Both the position numbers and the translations under genes were made by a program. Positions 13,501-25,857 of a stretch of 64,000 nucleotides of DNA are shown piece after piece (the first letter of the stretch is position 1; every line of letters begins with the position of its first letter). Source of the stretch: Saccostrea cucullata (taxonomy: Eukaryota); NCBI RefSeq assembly GCF_032062105.1, contig NW_026918226.1, positions 62,001 through 126,000 of the forward strand. The letters are read 5' to 3'. Below the pieces are notes generated by a model. That model made no database searches. It saw nothing but the letters and a program-made list of their open reading frames with translations, and was not told the DNA's origin.

Positions 13501-14476
13501 TGTAATGTTTGTTCAGCAACCCAGCCAAGCCAAAAGTAAGTATAAAATGATGCCAAATTTGTTAAAGTTATTTCTGGCTATAACTGTGAAAATTGTTTTA
13601 CAAGAAAATAAAGTGAAAATTTTAAATAATTACTTGCACATTTTAGGAATTCCACTGGCAATAAGATGCTCTCTTGGTATAGCCACCAGTGCTTTACCAG
13701 TATTCCCAGTTGTTGGCTGTTTTACATCAACTGGAATGGCTATCTGTAGAAATTCCTTTCCATCAAATTCATTCTTTTTAGTTAGCATCCGAAAAACAGT
13801 TTGTGGTGAAACTGTTGGTTTTAAGTTTTCTGCATGATCAAAAGCAAAGAATTATAAATCCACTTTTATACCATATTAAAAACCCATTTTTTTCAGAAAC
13901 TTTTGTGAAATTATGCCAGGCTGCAAACATTTTATGTTGGTGATTCTTGTGTGCATCTTCAACATGTTCAATATATAAAATTAACAAGTTAAACAAATGT
14001 TTACAAAAGTTCCTTTACATATATTACATAATCTAACAATATTTGTGAAAAGAAGGTACACATGGCCAAAAATTGGACAAATATAAATTATTTTAAGAAT
14101 GTACAACATCATGTACATGTATTTATATTTTTTAATCAAGATCTATTTATAACTTACCCATGAGGAAAAGAGCAGGACTTGACACAGTCACTTGATGAAC
14201 AGGAGTCAAATATTGACAAACATCCCTTACTTCTGAATTAAAAATCGAGTACACATTGGAAATCTTGGGGTAGATCCAAGAGACAAAGCTTTGTATTCTT
14301 CTCATAACAGGCCTCAATAGGCCTACCAGGAAAAAGAGGCCAAAAATAGCCGATAAGATATAATATACTCCCATTACTGCCGCTTTTATACCAGGAATAT
14401 CCAAGAACATTAATGTAAGCAGAATAACGAAAAATGTCAGAGTACAGATTGCTGCTTTATAACTGTTATTATGCAT
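10546..14476 (-). CDS. Membrane-anchored TatD-fold (amidohydrolase TIM-barrel) protein, about 531 aa, catalytically degenerate; exons 14476-14158, 13829-13634, 13043-12799, 12390-12280, 12052-11886, 11414-11210, 10898-10546
   Basis: All six introns are GT-AG and frame-consistent (1596 nt total). TatD-ordered motifs: VIDCGC, GIQRLVV, IYVDVGF, VGDVPLGY...QEKQLQDF, IPIRFH, GCFIMIEG, IPVEKIILQSNAPH. Two hydrophobic segments in exon 1. Confidence 0.75.
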
Positions 14477-15846
14477 GTTCACTCTCCTACTGTAACTGTA
14501 AGCGTCCGTGACAACGCGCTGTTCTTGAAAAGAACAAATTTAAGAATTCAATAACAAATACAATAAATGGCTTCCAGAAGAACAGGGTATCGCACTGCAC
14601 TAATACCACTCACATGATTCTAGTGTGTTTATCCTGTATTTATTTTTACTTTTCACTCAGATATTCTTGCTGTTACTTGCGCAATATTTACTTCAGGAAA
14701 TGAGTTACGCAACCTAAAAGTAAGACTTGTCTGAAAGAAATCATTTTATCCGGGTTGCGCTAACACATTCAGGACGTGGACAGTATGGTGTATACTTTGT
14801 TTTATGTCTAACTTGGTAAATACAAATGTTTTAGAAAATAACTTCCTAAATATTCCCCTTTAATCGACCTTCTACTGCTAGAAAAGGACAACCTATAATA
14901 GCTATACATAATACAATCATGTACAAACATGAAGTACTTCAAGTAATTATTTTAAGGAATTCAGTTTTTGTCAGTAAAAGAAAAAATATATATATAATTG
15001 CATGTGATTTTGATAGAGCACTATAACAGATCGTGGAATCTCAAATATTTTTGTGACATTGTCGAAGTTCAATGCCAAAATATGTACAACATTAACAACT
15101 CTTTGTTAATGAAAAGAAAACAGTACCTTTTTCTGCACATACAAGCTATATCTATTTATAAATGTACAGCTTATTTATAAAATCATCTCAAACCTGAGGC
15201 AAAAGAATTTTATACGATCCTCTTCCATTCTGAAAAAATAGCTTTACCGTACCGTAGCTTGAGACGATGACAGACTACACTGTATCATTCCAATAACAGC
15301 GTACATCTGTAAGTACATGTTAGATACAGGGGTCTTCGCCTTTTATGCAATTTATCCCACGATTTCAACTATTGTTGATGCCCTGTCATACTCTACCGAA
15401 TAGACAGTGATTACTTAGACATACACAAGGTACCTTACCTACTGATAATTTTTTAAGATATTCTTAATTTAAGATTATAGTGCCATTAGATGTTCATATA
15501 CAAAAAAGCAGCAGGGGTTTTGAAAAGATATCAAATTTTGAAAAAAATTATATTATTCAAAGAAAAATGTACAAAAATTACAAAACATAAATTCCAGATA
15601 TTTTTTCATTAAAAAAAACTGTTTTAGAAGAGATGTACAAATCCATATATAGACATTAAAAATATTGCACACAGGTCCTTCGTTTAGTGGAACATTCAAC
15701 TCCAGAGAAGAACCCTATAAAGTGCAAACTACGTTGCGTATGACCTTAAGTTAACCTCTAAGGTGAAGGTCAAAATTATTAGTATCTTTTCACAAGAAAT
15801 ACAATCGTGAAATATGAAAGCCCTGGTGATTACTGTTCAAAAGTTA

Positions 15847-16813
15847 CGAGGGGTGATCAAAAAGTTCGCAAACTAATTGAATAACTTCCATGCAAGAAAC
15901 AATATTTCGTTTTAATGTTGATTATATTTTAAATTAATCCTCCCCGATTTTAATGCACATCAACCACCGTTCTGCGCATGCGCGAATCACGTGATATTGG
16001 TGGTCACGTGACCCCCTCCGTAGCGTTCTGTCACAAAAGTTAAAAGATTTTTCCGAGTTTTATATTTCTTTCCATGTGAGTTAATTTTTATGACAAGAAC
16101 AGTTAATTTGTCAGAAATGGTCATATCTCGGCAACAGAATGGGTGGATAATAACATCCTTTCCAAAAATAAGCATGGCGACCATTAAAACACAAATCTTC
16201 TGTCTCAGGAGAGACCTTTATTCAAGGTGGATAGAAAATGGGTGCATCCTTTTTATCATATCTAATATGTTTAAAATCTAAAGTAAACGATATCTTAGGT
16301 ATTTAATACTTATATCATTGTTCAAATATTCAACTATTTTTCAAAGTGCTAATTGGATGGGAGGTCTTTGATAGCAAATTGCTTAATTAAAAATACATAT
16401 CTTTTCAAACTTGCTTTCACTGGGCAAGATGACAAGTATCATTTTTAACCATCAGCCTTCTTTCACTAAAACGATTAATCCAATCATTAATTGAATTTAT
16501 AGGAACTCATTTATCTCAATAAACTGTGTACAAATTATTATATGATACTGTAGAGGGATTTCTAAGATATTACAATAAATTGTACAGTCGTTTGTTGAAC
16601 GAGTTCGACTGAGACAACCATTTTTCGTCACAAGTGACCTAAATAGTGACGTCATTTTCACATTGTGACGTCACAAACAAGGAGAGAAACTTTATTCAGC
16701 ATATGCTGTTTATAGACCTTGTGTATGGCTATGTGTGTACCGAATTTCATTCTAATCTGAATTGTGATTTTGTAGATATAGAGATAGTTTGCGAACTTTT
16801 TGATCACCCCTCG
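15847..16813. mobile_element. Non-autonomous Tc1/mariner element (MITE)
   Basis: Perfect 29-bp TIRs CGAGGGGTGATCAAAAAGTTCGCAAACTA (15847-15875; 16785-16813) flanked by TA on both sides; no transposase ORF; interrupts an older satellite-like repeat. Confidence 0.9.
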
Positions 16814-17697
16814 TATGTTCAAGGTTAAAGTTTTTAAAAAGTGGGTCAAATTCTTAGGTCAAAATTGAAAGGTCAGAATTGTGGTACTGCTTTTGTCATA
16901 AGAAATACACATGTGAAACATGAAATATTTAAGCCTTTTGAAGAGGCAGCAGAATGCAACTGATTTTATTTTAAACATTAAATTAAATTAAGTGATGATT
17001 ATTACCGGTATACAATAAATCATATAAAAGACAAGAAATCAAAGAAGAAAAAAATGAAAATCATACAACATTTATTTTAAAATGAAATAAAGATAACAGT
17101 TATAGTATTGTTATACCTTTAAAAATTTGTTCCTATACATATCTATACGACAAAAAGCTTAGCATTTCTAATGTTTTACCCAGCGGTCATTAAAAAATCG
17201 ATGTTTGACTGCTGAGTGAGATGATGGACCTGTCGATGAGATGTTTGATCGCTAACGTCACACAAGTACAATAGGCGGGATCAGCTAACTCCGATTTGCA
17301 TTCGTTGATGTTTGACAGTGAAAGAATTAATTAACCGACTTAAATCACAGGTGACATCACGGAAGATAATTGCAATACAAGATTAATGCATACCAAAAAC
17401 AATAAATAAAATATAAGGTACATGTACAACAAAACATTTATTGACTTTGTTCTCAGGCAAGATGAGTTTTGTCGACCCTCGAACCAAACTGTTTGGTTCT
17501 TGAGTCCGACATAACACACGTTTTGAATCCACTCAATAAATGTAATGCTATATCATAAATTAAAATCATTTTGTTTTCCAAACCACATCAAACGGATGTT
17601 GAATACTGGTATAATAATTATGTTAACTTGTTCGCGCAATAAACGGTTCAATGTTTATTTTTCAATACTTTTGGACAAATTTTTTTTCTGTTTAGGT

Positions 17698-19080
17698 TTA
17701 TATTGTCAGAATCCTGTCTCTGAAATAACTGATGACTCTGGCATTTAAATTATTGTCATTATAACATCCATAAAGCACATTTTGCATTTCTGGAAAACAG
17801 TATTTTGCCGCCTCAACAAGTCTTGGGTTTTCCTTTTCAAATAAATTATATTTGACGTGAATTTTTGTGAAGTGTGAATCCGGAAAAATTTTACCAAGAT
17901 TTTCATTTCCGAGGAAAAAATCTGGTAAACACTTCTTTTCTAATGATAAGTATACAAATGTCATAAAGTATCCCAATGCCTCACGGACACCTGCAATATG
18001 GAAGCCAGAAGGCACGATGACGGTAGGAATTGTCAGCAGAAGGACGCAGTACATGGCGATAGTTTTTAAATGATATGACGTCAGCAGAATGGCGGCTTGA
18101 TTCGATTGCTCCTTTAGCCTTTTTACCAAGGCTTTCATTATGCGACACGACGTCATGATATAACGCCGCTCTCTGTTCATAAAACAGATATCAAACATGA
18201 ATTTTTCATAGGCAGAAGAGCAATTTCGCCATCTTAATTCTTTGTCTTTTTCACAAATATCGGCGTTCTCTTTATTTATCCATTTCATGAGTCCGAATCT
18301 CGGAAAGTTAATTGCTATGTCACAGGGGGATGAAATAATTGCCCCAGGAATTAAAATCATTTCACTGCCCAACATAAGTGCTGGAACAAAATCGACATAA
18401 ACAGTACTAGGATCTTGAAAGTCAACATTGACTGTCAAATCCATTGTAGGAGGTCTGGATCCTCTTTTAACATGATAAACATGTACTTCGGATGGTCGTC
18501 CGGTTTCCGGTGTCCCTTCTAAACGTTTTGCAGTTGCAAGAAATAATTCATATAATGTTTTATCCATTAGAGATTTAAACACTTGCTCTTGAAGTGCCTT
18601 AGTGTTGAGGAAACATGCGCCATTAACCACTTCAAAAACTCCTTCCCTCTGCAGTCGTGGGAGCATACCGATTTGTTCATCATTCATGACCCGGAGACGT
18701 ATTTGTCCTGGTAGATATTGACCAGCCGTGTCCCACAAATGAACTTCCTGTAGACGAAGCCCTTCAATTTTAAAAGGAACGATGGCATCAAACTCGTCAG
18801 GAGATTCGATTTTCAATCCCTGCCTTGCACTTCCCTGTCGTATAAAATTTCGATCTATTGTCAAGCCTTCGAAATACTTTTCGGCCTGTTTTTGAAGTTC
18901 TGTGAGAATGATTCCTAGAACATCATCTGCGACGAAGCAAGCATTTTCCCAAGCATACTGAGTGAAGTCTATTGGAATGGAAATCTTCCCCAGAACTTGA
19001 GATTTCAAATAAACTTCATAGTCAGGAAATAAATCGTCTGGATAGCGCCATGTATTCGGGAACAGTCCTTCTGACGCCAT
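17698..19080 (-). CDS. Mab21/cGAS-like nucleotidyltransferase (cGLR-type; MiD51/ITPRIP-like C-terminal motif), paralogue 1, 460 aa
   Basis: Pol-beta NTase motif RQGS...PDEFD, third acidic residue in VDFVP, Mab21 helical-lobe motif SYHLKT, LPDFFLGN; single coding exon; 5'UTR acceptor at 19117. Confidence 0.9.
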   Translation of the reverse strand: MASEGLFPNTWRYPDDLFPDYEVYLKSQVLGKISIPIDFTQYAWENACFVADDVLGIILTELQKQAEKYFEGLTIDRNFIRQGSARQGLKIESPDEFDAIVPFKIEGLRLQEVHLWDTAGQYLPGQIRLRVMNDEQIGMLPRLQREGVFEVVNGACFLNTKALQEQVFKSLMDKTLYELFLATAKRLEGTPETGRPSEVHVYHVKRGSRPPTMDLTVNVDFQDPSTVYVDFVPALMLGSEMILIPGAIISSPCDIAINFPRFGLMKWINKENADICEKDKELRWRNCSSAYEKFMFDICFMNRERRYIMTSCRIMKALVKRLKEQSNQAAILLTSYHLKTIAMYCVLLLTIPTVIVPSGFHIAGVREALGYFMTFVYLSLEKKCLPDFFLGNENLGKIFPDSHFTKIHVKYNLFEKENPRLVEAAKYCFPEMQNVLYGCYNDNNLNARVISYFRDRILTI

Positions 19081-20411
19081 GATCGTATAGAAAATTATCC
19101 CATAAAGTAGCTGTACCTAGAAAAAAAATATGAAAGTAAAATTTTACGAACAATACATTTTCAGAAAACTTAAACGTACATTACATAAAACCGATTGATA
19201 ATATTCAAAGTAAATATCAATACGTCATGTGCACAGGGATCCAAATACTTATATACATGTATATCAAGGTTAAATTTTATCAAGGCTATGATTGTAAATA
19301 CACCTATAGTAAAGTAGACTGCATGCATTTTAAAAAAAAAAAGATCACAAAGCAGAGGGCCAATTAGCAAGATATATTTTTATGTCTATTTTTCGATGTC
19401 CAAAGATTATGTAGTGTCCTTTATTATTTTTGTCTTAGTCATACACATGTATATATACAGTATGCATAAAAATTCTTCTTGCTAACTTTACGTTAGATTA
19501 TAGTATCGCAATGATATTTTTGTAATGTTTATACATATCGTCTTACATCATGTACATAATACATTTCATTTTCTTCAAAAATCATTCTTATAGCTCTTTG
19601 GAGATAAAGACCAACACATACTGGTATTCATTTAATCTTTTATCTATTCATGCAAGTTTCAAACATTTATTGAAATTTTATGTTTTATCTATTTATTTAA
19701 TTTATTTTTCTCTCTCTCTGCAATGACAGTTTTATGATATGTACCACAAAATTTATTCACTAAACAACACACGGCAACGTTTATTGATACTTTATTTATT
19801 GATTTTTTTATGTAATTTCTGTATATATATGATATTTATCATATGTGATTAGTTTCAGAGGTGTATATTATTGTTTTTATACTAACTTAATCATTAATTA
19901 AAAAGCTTTGAAGGTAAAGTTTTCCCGAGATCTTTTTTTTAACTTTGATATTTTGTTCTACAATACTAAATCTCTCTTTATATGTCAGATGAAAGATATT
20001 CAACCACAAATTTTTTGCCCACATATTTTGAAATATGTTTTTTCCGACCCCTGTAATAACATTATGAAATCAGACATTCAATTTGATTTTTGTGTTGGGG
20101 TACTGTGAGCATGAACTCACTAAATGATACCCCCGCCTCCCACATGATTTTAATGATAAAGTCCATGTTTTGCACTGGGAAACTCTAAATAAGTGCAGGT
20201 TAAAAAGTAAACTAGAAGTTGCACAGTGGCATTATGTTATACAGAATCTGTAAAAGCATCATTAAATTTTATTCAGTGGTATGAGAAGAGTTGTAGATAA
20301 GAGATTGGTGCCCTTCAAGGTTATAGAAAAATGGCAGTGTCAATGTTTTGCTATGGGAAACCAAAAGATGTGTCCGATCAAAAAGTAAAATGGTTCTATC
20401 TATTTGGTATA

Positions 20412-20815
20412 AGAGGAGTTGCGGATAAGAGATGGGTATCCCAAAGAGTAACGGACGGGTGGACGGACGTACTGACAGACGGACAGACATCCCGATCACT
20501 ATATACCAAGCGTTCTATTGCAAACTTATGGGGTACTTTCTATCAAGGCAACATGCTTGAATTAATTAAGTGAGTTTTCATACGACAAAGTGAGGGGATA
20601 TACTAGTAATAAAAGAATTGGAAGCAAGTTCTTACAACTAACGATTTACATAGCATAGGAACTCATTAATTGTAGGAACTTGCATCCGATTCTTTTATTA
20701 TACCCCCTGCTTGAAAAGCGGGAGGGTATATAGAGATCGGGATGACCGTCTGTTCATCCGTCCGTCCGTCTGTTACGCTTCGGGGTACCCATCTCTTATC
20801 CGCAACTCCTCCTCT
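20412..20815. mobile_element. Two oppositely oriented 5' fragments of a HINE/DINE-1-like element
   Basis: 20412-20507 is the imperfect reverse complement of about 20725-20812 (GAGGAGTTGCGGATAAGAGATGGGTA, (GTCC)n microsatellite); TTATACCCCC start near 20699. Confidence 0.65.
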
Positions 20816-21585
20816 ACCTCGAAATGAAATTTACTCACTTTTTAAATCTATATTTCTATGAACTATTTCAATTGCATGACATAAACTGTATATATAATAT
20901 GTCATGCGATTGAAAAAGTACATAGAAATATAAATTTAAAGTGATAAAAGTGAAAATTCTATTAGTAACATAGCAACTTAAATTCTAAATGTTTCATCAT
21001 TAGATAAATTTGATCCTTGACCTCTTTAACCTCTTAATGAGACCTTGACCTTTATTCTATATAAAGGTTAATGGAGACTCATTAGTTGATTGTAGAATTT
21101 TGCTAAATTAATTATTATGTTTAAAATCGTTGACCTTAAAACATCTTCCCAAATTCCTCTAAAAAAGATTAAAACCATTTTCAATTTAAAGGAAATCTTA
21201 GGTCTAGAACAACTTTTTGATATTTCATCCATTGATTGGTCATTGATTTGTTTTTACTAAATCATAAAGTAATAAGTCAACAAAGTTATAAGTAAACTGA
21301 CTGCTGGAGGCTGCCATGTTGAGAGATAAAGTATCTTGCTTGCTAAATATTTCCCACAATCCTCACTTTTATGACGTCTTCGGTCGGGGTTTGAAATCAG
21401 AATAAAAGAACGTACGAGGTTTTTTTTAATTCTAAATTCCCGACTGATGCCTTTCAGTGACAGAAGAACGTACATTTTTTTTTTAAATTCTTAATTCCCG
21501 GCTGATGACTGTCAGTGACATAATTAGTATACTGGTTAAAATCTCCTCCTGTAATTCACCCTCTCGGCAAGTGATGATGCTACTC

Positions 21586-21646
21586 GGATCCCCACTGAGA
21601 ACAGCTGATAACAAGGAGCACCATCACTTGACGACTTGCAGAGCAA
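21586..21646 (+). repeat. Split direct repeat A1
   Basis: Exact match to 27876-27936. Confidence 0.95.
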
Positions 21647-21724
21647 CAGATAAGACGTGTATAGCCAGTGTTAAGAAGAAAAGACAAACAAGGATAGGTA
21701 ATATATTAATTCTAAATTTACAAA

Positions 21725-22128
21725 AGCCGTTGAGGGCTGTTGAAAATTTCCTGCCGCTGAGGGCAGAGGTTAATGCATAAAATTTTAAGCCGCTGAGGGC
21801 TAATAGATAAATTTACTGCCGCTGAGGGCAGAGTTTAAGCCGTTGAGGGCTGTTAAACATTTTCTGTCGCTGAGGACAGAAGTTAATGCATGAAATTTTA
21901 AGCCGCTGAGGGCTAACTATTTTACTGCCGCTGAGGGCAAAAGTTTAATGCATGGAATTTTAAGCCGCTGAGGGCTAAACATTTTACTGCCGCTGAGGGC
22001 AAAAGTTTAATGCATGGAATTTGAAGCCGCTGAGGGCTATTGAACATTTCCTGTCGCTGTTATTTTACTGCCACTGAGGGTAGATTTATTGATATCAAAT
22101 GCATGAACTTTTAAGCCGCTGAGGGCTT
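21725..22128 (+). repeat. Array of about 13 short hairpin motifs (AGCC/CTGCC-GCTGAG-GGCT/GGCAG) in the retrotransposon 5' leader
   Basis: The motif recurs every 20-45 bp, with two stem types alternating, separated by AT-rich linkers. Confidence 0.9.
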
Positions 22129-22555
22129 TAGATATTGTTGAATGAAATGTAGAAAGTTAAAAGCCACTTGGGCGTGTAAAACACATGAAAGTTTGATAAG
22201 CCGCGAAATGATGATGATAATCAAAATATAGAGTTTGTCTATAAGCTAATTAATGAGATATTAGGAGATACTAGTTTATGAAGATAAGCTGCTTGAAAAT
22301 TCAATGCCAGTGAAGGGCCCGGGCTGTCCACGACTATTGAATAAAATCTTTAATATACGAAAGTTATTAAGAATAGATATAAATATATAGTATATTGTTT
22401 ATATGAATTATGGCTCTTTAAGTAATGATGCGAGAGGCCGAATCATGATGATTATAAAGATTTATAGATATAACATGATCAGATGATATTAAGATCAACG
22501 TCTAGCATATTAAGTTAAATGTGGTAATCATTTTCATGTATTTTCTCATTACTAG

Positions 22556-23731
22556 ATGCCACCTCCGACTGTCTTAAAGCGGAGACACTCTCTGCGGGGG
22601 AAAGACTTGTTCCCCGTCATCAAAGAGCTGCGAGGACTAGAACAGCCGGTGAAGCAGTTCGCACGGTACAAAATTAACACGCCGCTTGAAGACATGGACA
22701 AAGAGGAAGTAATTAACGCCGTCAGGGAGTTGACAGGAGAGTCGGAGAAAGACTGCCTGCAGATGGCTGGTAGAGAGATGTCAGACGAGAATTTAAGGAC
22801 GCTTCTCCATCTAGTTATCTTAAGGGCGAATGAGTTCGGCCAACCAGCTGGCCAAGAATTAGCCGCCGAGAACAAGGTATACAGTTAGACTGTAATGATA
22901 ATTACTGTAATTATTACTAGCATCATAACTACGGGATGTCTTAATCAATATTCCTTATTCCATGAATTATACTTGTGTAGATAAAATTATTTAAAAAAGA
23001 AAAGAAAAAAAAAAAAAAAAATAAATAAATAAATAAATAAACGATTTTCATTTTGATTGATTTTCACAATTATTTGTGTACAGGAGAGTGAGCCGGAAGA
23101 GCCACCTGCCAAGAAAGGAAAGTCGGCACCGAGCGTTGAGAAGAGACTACAAGAACTTGAGAAAAGTCAGAAAAATGAAGAGGACAAAGAAATAGAGAAT
23201 GTGAAAGAAAAGGTGAGGAGTTTGGCACTTCAAAGCAGCCCTAGTATCCCTCTTCTCCTTGTTACTTTGGATGAGCTCGCCAGAATAACTAGGCGGAAGG
23301 GCCATGATGAGGCCTCCGTGTTTGATGAGCTCTCCCGACAGGCTAATTTAAATCAAGACAAAATTGATGTCCCAAACTTTTGTCTGAGTGTCCTTGGAGG
23401 CAAAGCGTCTGATATAGTAGGTAAAGCGCTGTCTAAAGCTATCAAATCAAAACCCGAAACGAAACCTTCGGAAACGGAGAAGACTCCAACTCAAACTCAA
23501 TCTCCACTATTGAATCTATATGGTCAACCAAACTACATGGGATATATTCCACCACACTACAATTTTGTACCTGGTTCGCACGGAGTGGGTTCTCAGTATG
23601 GGTACCGCCGATACCAGCGCGCTCCATATCGGCAACCGAGGACCGGCTGTCTATTCTGCGGGGCAAATGACCACTATGTCCGAGACTGTACGAAAATGAA
23701 GGCTGCGAGAGGGAAAATGAATTCTCAATGA
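22556..23731 (+). CDS. gag: Gag-like protein (about 322 aa), two exons 22556-22876 and 23084-23731, C-terminal CCHC zinc knuckle
   Basis: Phase-0 AAG|GTATAC donor and TGTACAG acceptor join the 110-aa and 224-aa ORFs in frame; CLFCGANDHYVRDC = CX2CX4HX4C. Confidence 0.8.
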
Positions 23732-24090
23732 CATCTGACAATTTTAAAGAACGGATTTAGTCAATTTTAATTAATTTCTCAGACTTGAAATGTACATTTA
23801 TTGGTAATCTCTTTAAGTAAAATATGATATTAATTATCACTTGTCAATGATTTGAATACATTACATGTAGTGTGTTTTCAGTCTGAAAGTAGAATTAATT
23901 AAATATAAAATGAAATGAGTGTTATTGGTATTTGTTATCCCAATACCTGATATCCGGGGACACTGAAGCCCTAGTGAGTACTCTCACGTGGATTGATGGT
24001 TTGGGATCATGTTTTTCCATGTTATCCTAGTAGATGATGCTCAAATCAGAGGTATAATTATTAGTAATAATAAATATCTCATGTTTGCAG

Positions 24091-25857
24091 GAATTTAACA
24101 TTTACGTTCCTGACTGGGAGAAAAGTGACGAATTTAACCCAGAGGAAATTATTTTACGTAAGAGAGAGCATCCTACTTGGACGACATTGGGAGAATGCGG
24201 TTCCAAGCCAACAATCCATGCAGATGGACAAGTATTTATGGATTCTTACAGCGATTTACTGCATTTGTCTGTAAGAAATCCTGATCGATTCATTTCGGGT
24301 GAAATTCACAAACACAAAGATGAATGGTTGCGTATAACTCAAAGAAACTCGGACAAAATGTCAACTACAATTCAAAATTGGGTCAATAATGGCATTGATG
24401 TTAGGTCCTTCCTGCGTCCGTTCAAGGGAAACTTCAAGGGGCAATCATATGATAATAGACTCCCACCAAAACAGTATTTTCAAAATTCTAAAACTTGCAG
24501 AAACTTTGTTCATTTTATTAGAGAAGAAATAAGTGAGAGACTAGTGAATGGTTCATTGAGACTATGGGGAAGGGTGGGAACAAGCTGTCTCCCTCAGATT
24601 ATCATGCCTTTGACAGTGGAGCCAAATAAGCCACGACTCTGTCATGACGAGCGCTTTTTGAACTTGTGGACTAAGGATTTACCCTTCACATTAGATACAC
24701 TTAAAGACGTTCATAGACTTGTTGGGGAACATGCTTACATGATGTGTTGCGATGAAAAATCCGGATACGATCATATTAAACTCACCAGAGAATCAGAAAC
24801 GTACTTTGGAATTCAGTTTGGGGGATGGGTCTACACATACACAACCCTACCATTTGGTTGGAAAGCCTCTCCCTACATATATCAAATGATTGGGATGCAA
24901 ATCACATCATATCTTCGAGAGAAAGGTATTCATATGGTTCAGTACATTGATGACAGGCTTGCAGTGTGTCAGCAATATGTTCAATCAGAAATTCAAGAAC
25001 AAGCTTGTCCGTTACAAATGGTGAAACTTATTGTGACCGAATTAACAGCCTTAGGATATACACTAGCTATCAAAAAGTGCCAGCTTATCCCAACTACAGT
25101 AGTCCGATACTTAGGTTTTTTAGTTGACTCTACTAAACAGGCCTACTTACTTCCATTGGATAAAAAGGAATCATTCATCAGAATACGAGAGAGTATCTTG
25201 CAAACAAATGAAGTTGATGTTAAAACACTTCAACGATTCGCCGGGAAATGTATATCAATGGCAATCGTTATACCAGGTGCCAAATTATACACAAGGGAAA
25301 TGAATTTCGCGATATCACTGTGCATGAAGAATAGTAAACAAACAATCATTTCTCGTGAGCTGCGACAAGAGATCGAACACTGGAGGTTTTTGGACGACTG
25401 GGAAGGCTTCGCGCCTTGGAGACAAGAGAAACATCTTCAAATGTCACTGTCAACGGATGCATCCTCTTTCCGCTATGGAATCTCCCTTATGTCAGGCCAA
25501 GACAAGGGTCTATCTTTTGGAGACTATTGGTCAAGCGAGGATGATAGACCGATTCATCTTAAGGAAGCATCAGCTGTCGACATTGCCCTCAAGTCCTTAG
25601 CGATGAAAATCAAAGACCACAGATTAGACATCCATGTTGACAATACCGCAGTCTTGCATGCTTGGGAAAATCAAAGGTCACGGGACCGGCATTTGGCTGA
25701 TATAATGAAAAATATATTCCAGACAGTTTGGAAATTGAATATTGACTTGAGATTACACTATGTGCCGTCAACAGAAAATACTGCAGACGCTCCATCTAGA
25801 ACTATTTCTTACACAGATGTAATGCATGCTAAATCCCCAAACATGGCAGAGGGTTGA
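24091..25857 (+). CDS. pol: Reverse transcriptase-RNase H of the DIRS-type element
   Basis: DEKSGYDH, LPFGWKASP, YIDD, YLGF; RNase H motifs TDAS, HLKE, VDN, YVPS..N.ADAPSR; no ATG at the ORF start but a TTTGCAG acceptor at 24090. Confidence 0.95.
   Translation, partial: EFNIYVPDWEKSDEFNPEEIILRKREHPTWTTLGECGSKPTIHADGQVFMDSYSDLLHLSVRNPDRFISGEIHKHKDEWLRITQRNSDKMSTTIQNWVNNGIDVRSFLRPFKGNFKGQSYDNRLPPKQYFQNSKTCRNFVHFIREEISERLVNGSLRLWGRVGTSCLPQIIMPLTVEPNKPRLCHDERFLNLWTKDLPFTLDTLKDVHRLVGEHAYMMCCDEKSGYDHIKLTRESETYFGIQFGGWVYTYTTLPFGWKASPYIYQMIGMQITSYLREKGIHMVQYIDDRLAVCQQYVQSEIQEQACPLQMVKLIVTELTALGYTLAIKKCQLIPTTVVRYLGFLVDSTKQAYLLPLDKKESFIRIRESILQTNEVDVKTLQRFAGKCISMAIVIPGAKLYTREMNFAISLCMKNSKQTIISRELRQEIEHWRFLDDWEGFAPWRQEKHLQMSLSTDASSFRYGISLMSGQDKGLSFGDYWSSEDDRPIHLKEASAVDIALKSLAMKIKDHRLDIHVDNTAVLHAWENQRSRDRHLADIMKNIFQTVWKLNIDLRLHYVPSTENTADAPSRTISYTDVMHAKSPNMAEG

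Noticed and set aside
21405-21525. CTGATGA motif in a roughly 58-bp tandem duplication as a hammerhead ribozyme
   Set aside because: No properly placed GAAA core or three-stem pairing found by eye.
21725-22128. CRISPR-like repeat-spacer appearance
   Set aside because: Repeats are only 12-16 bp, linkers are related to each other and AT-rich, there are no cas genes, and the context is a eukaryotic retroelement.
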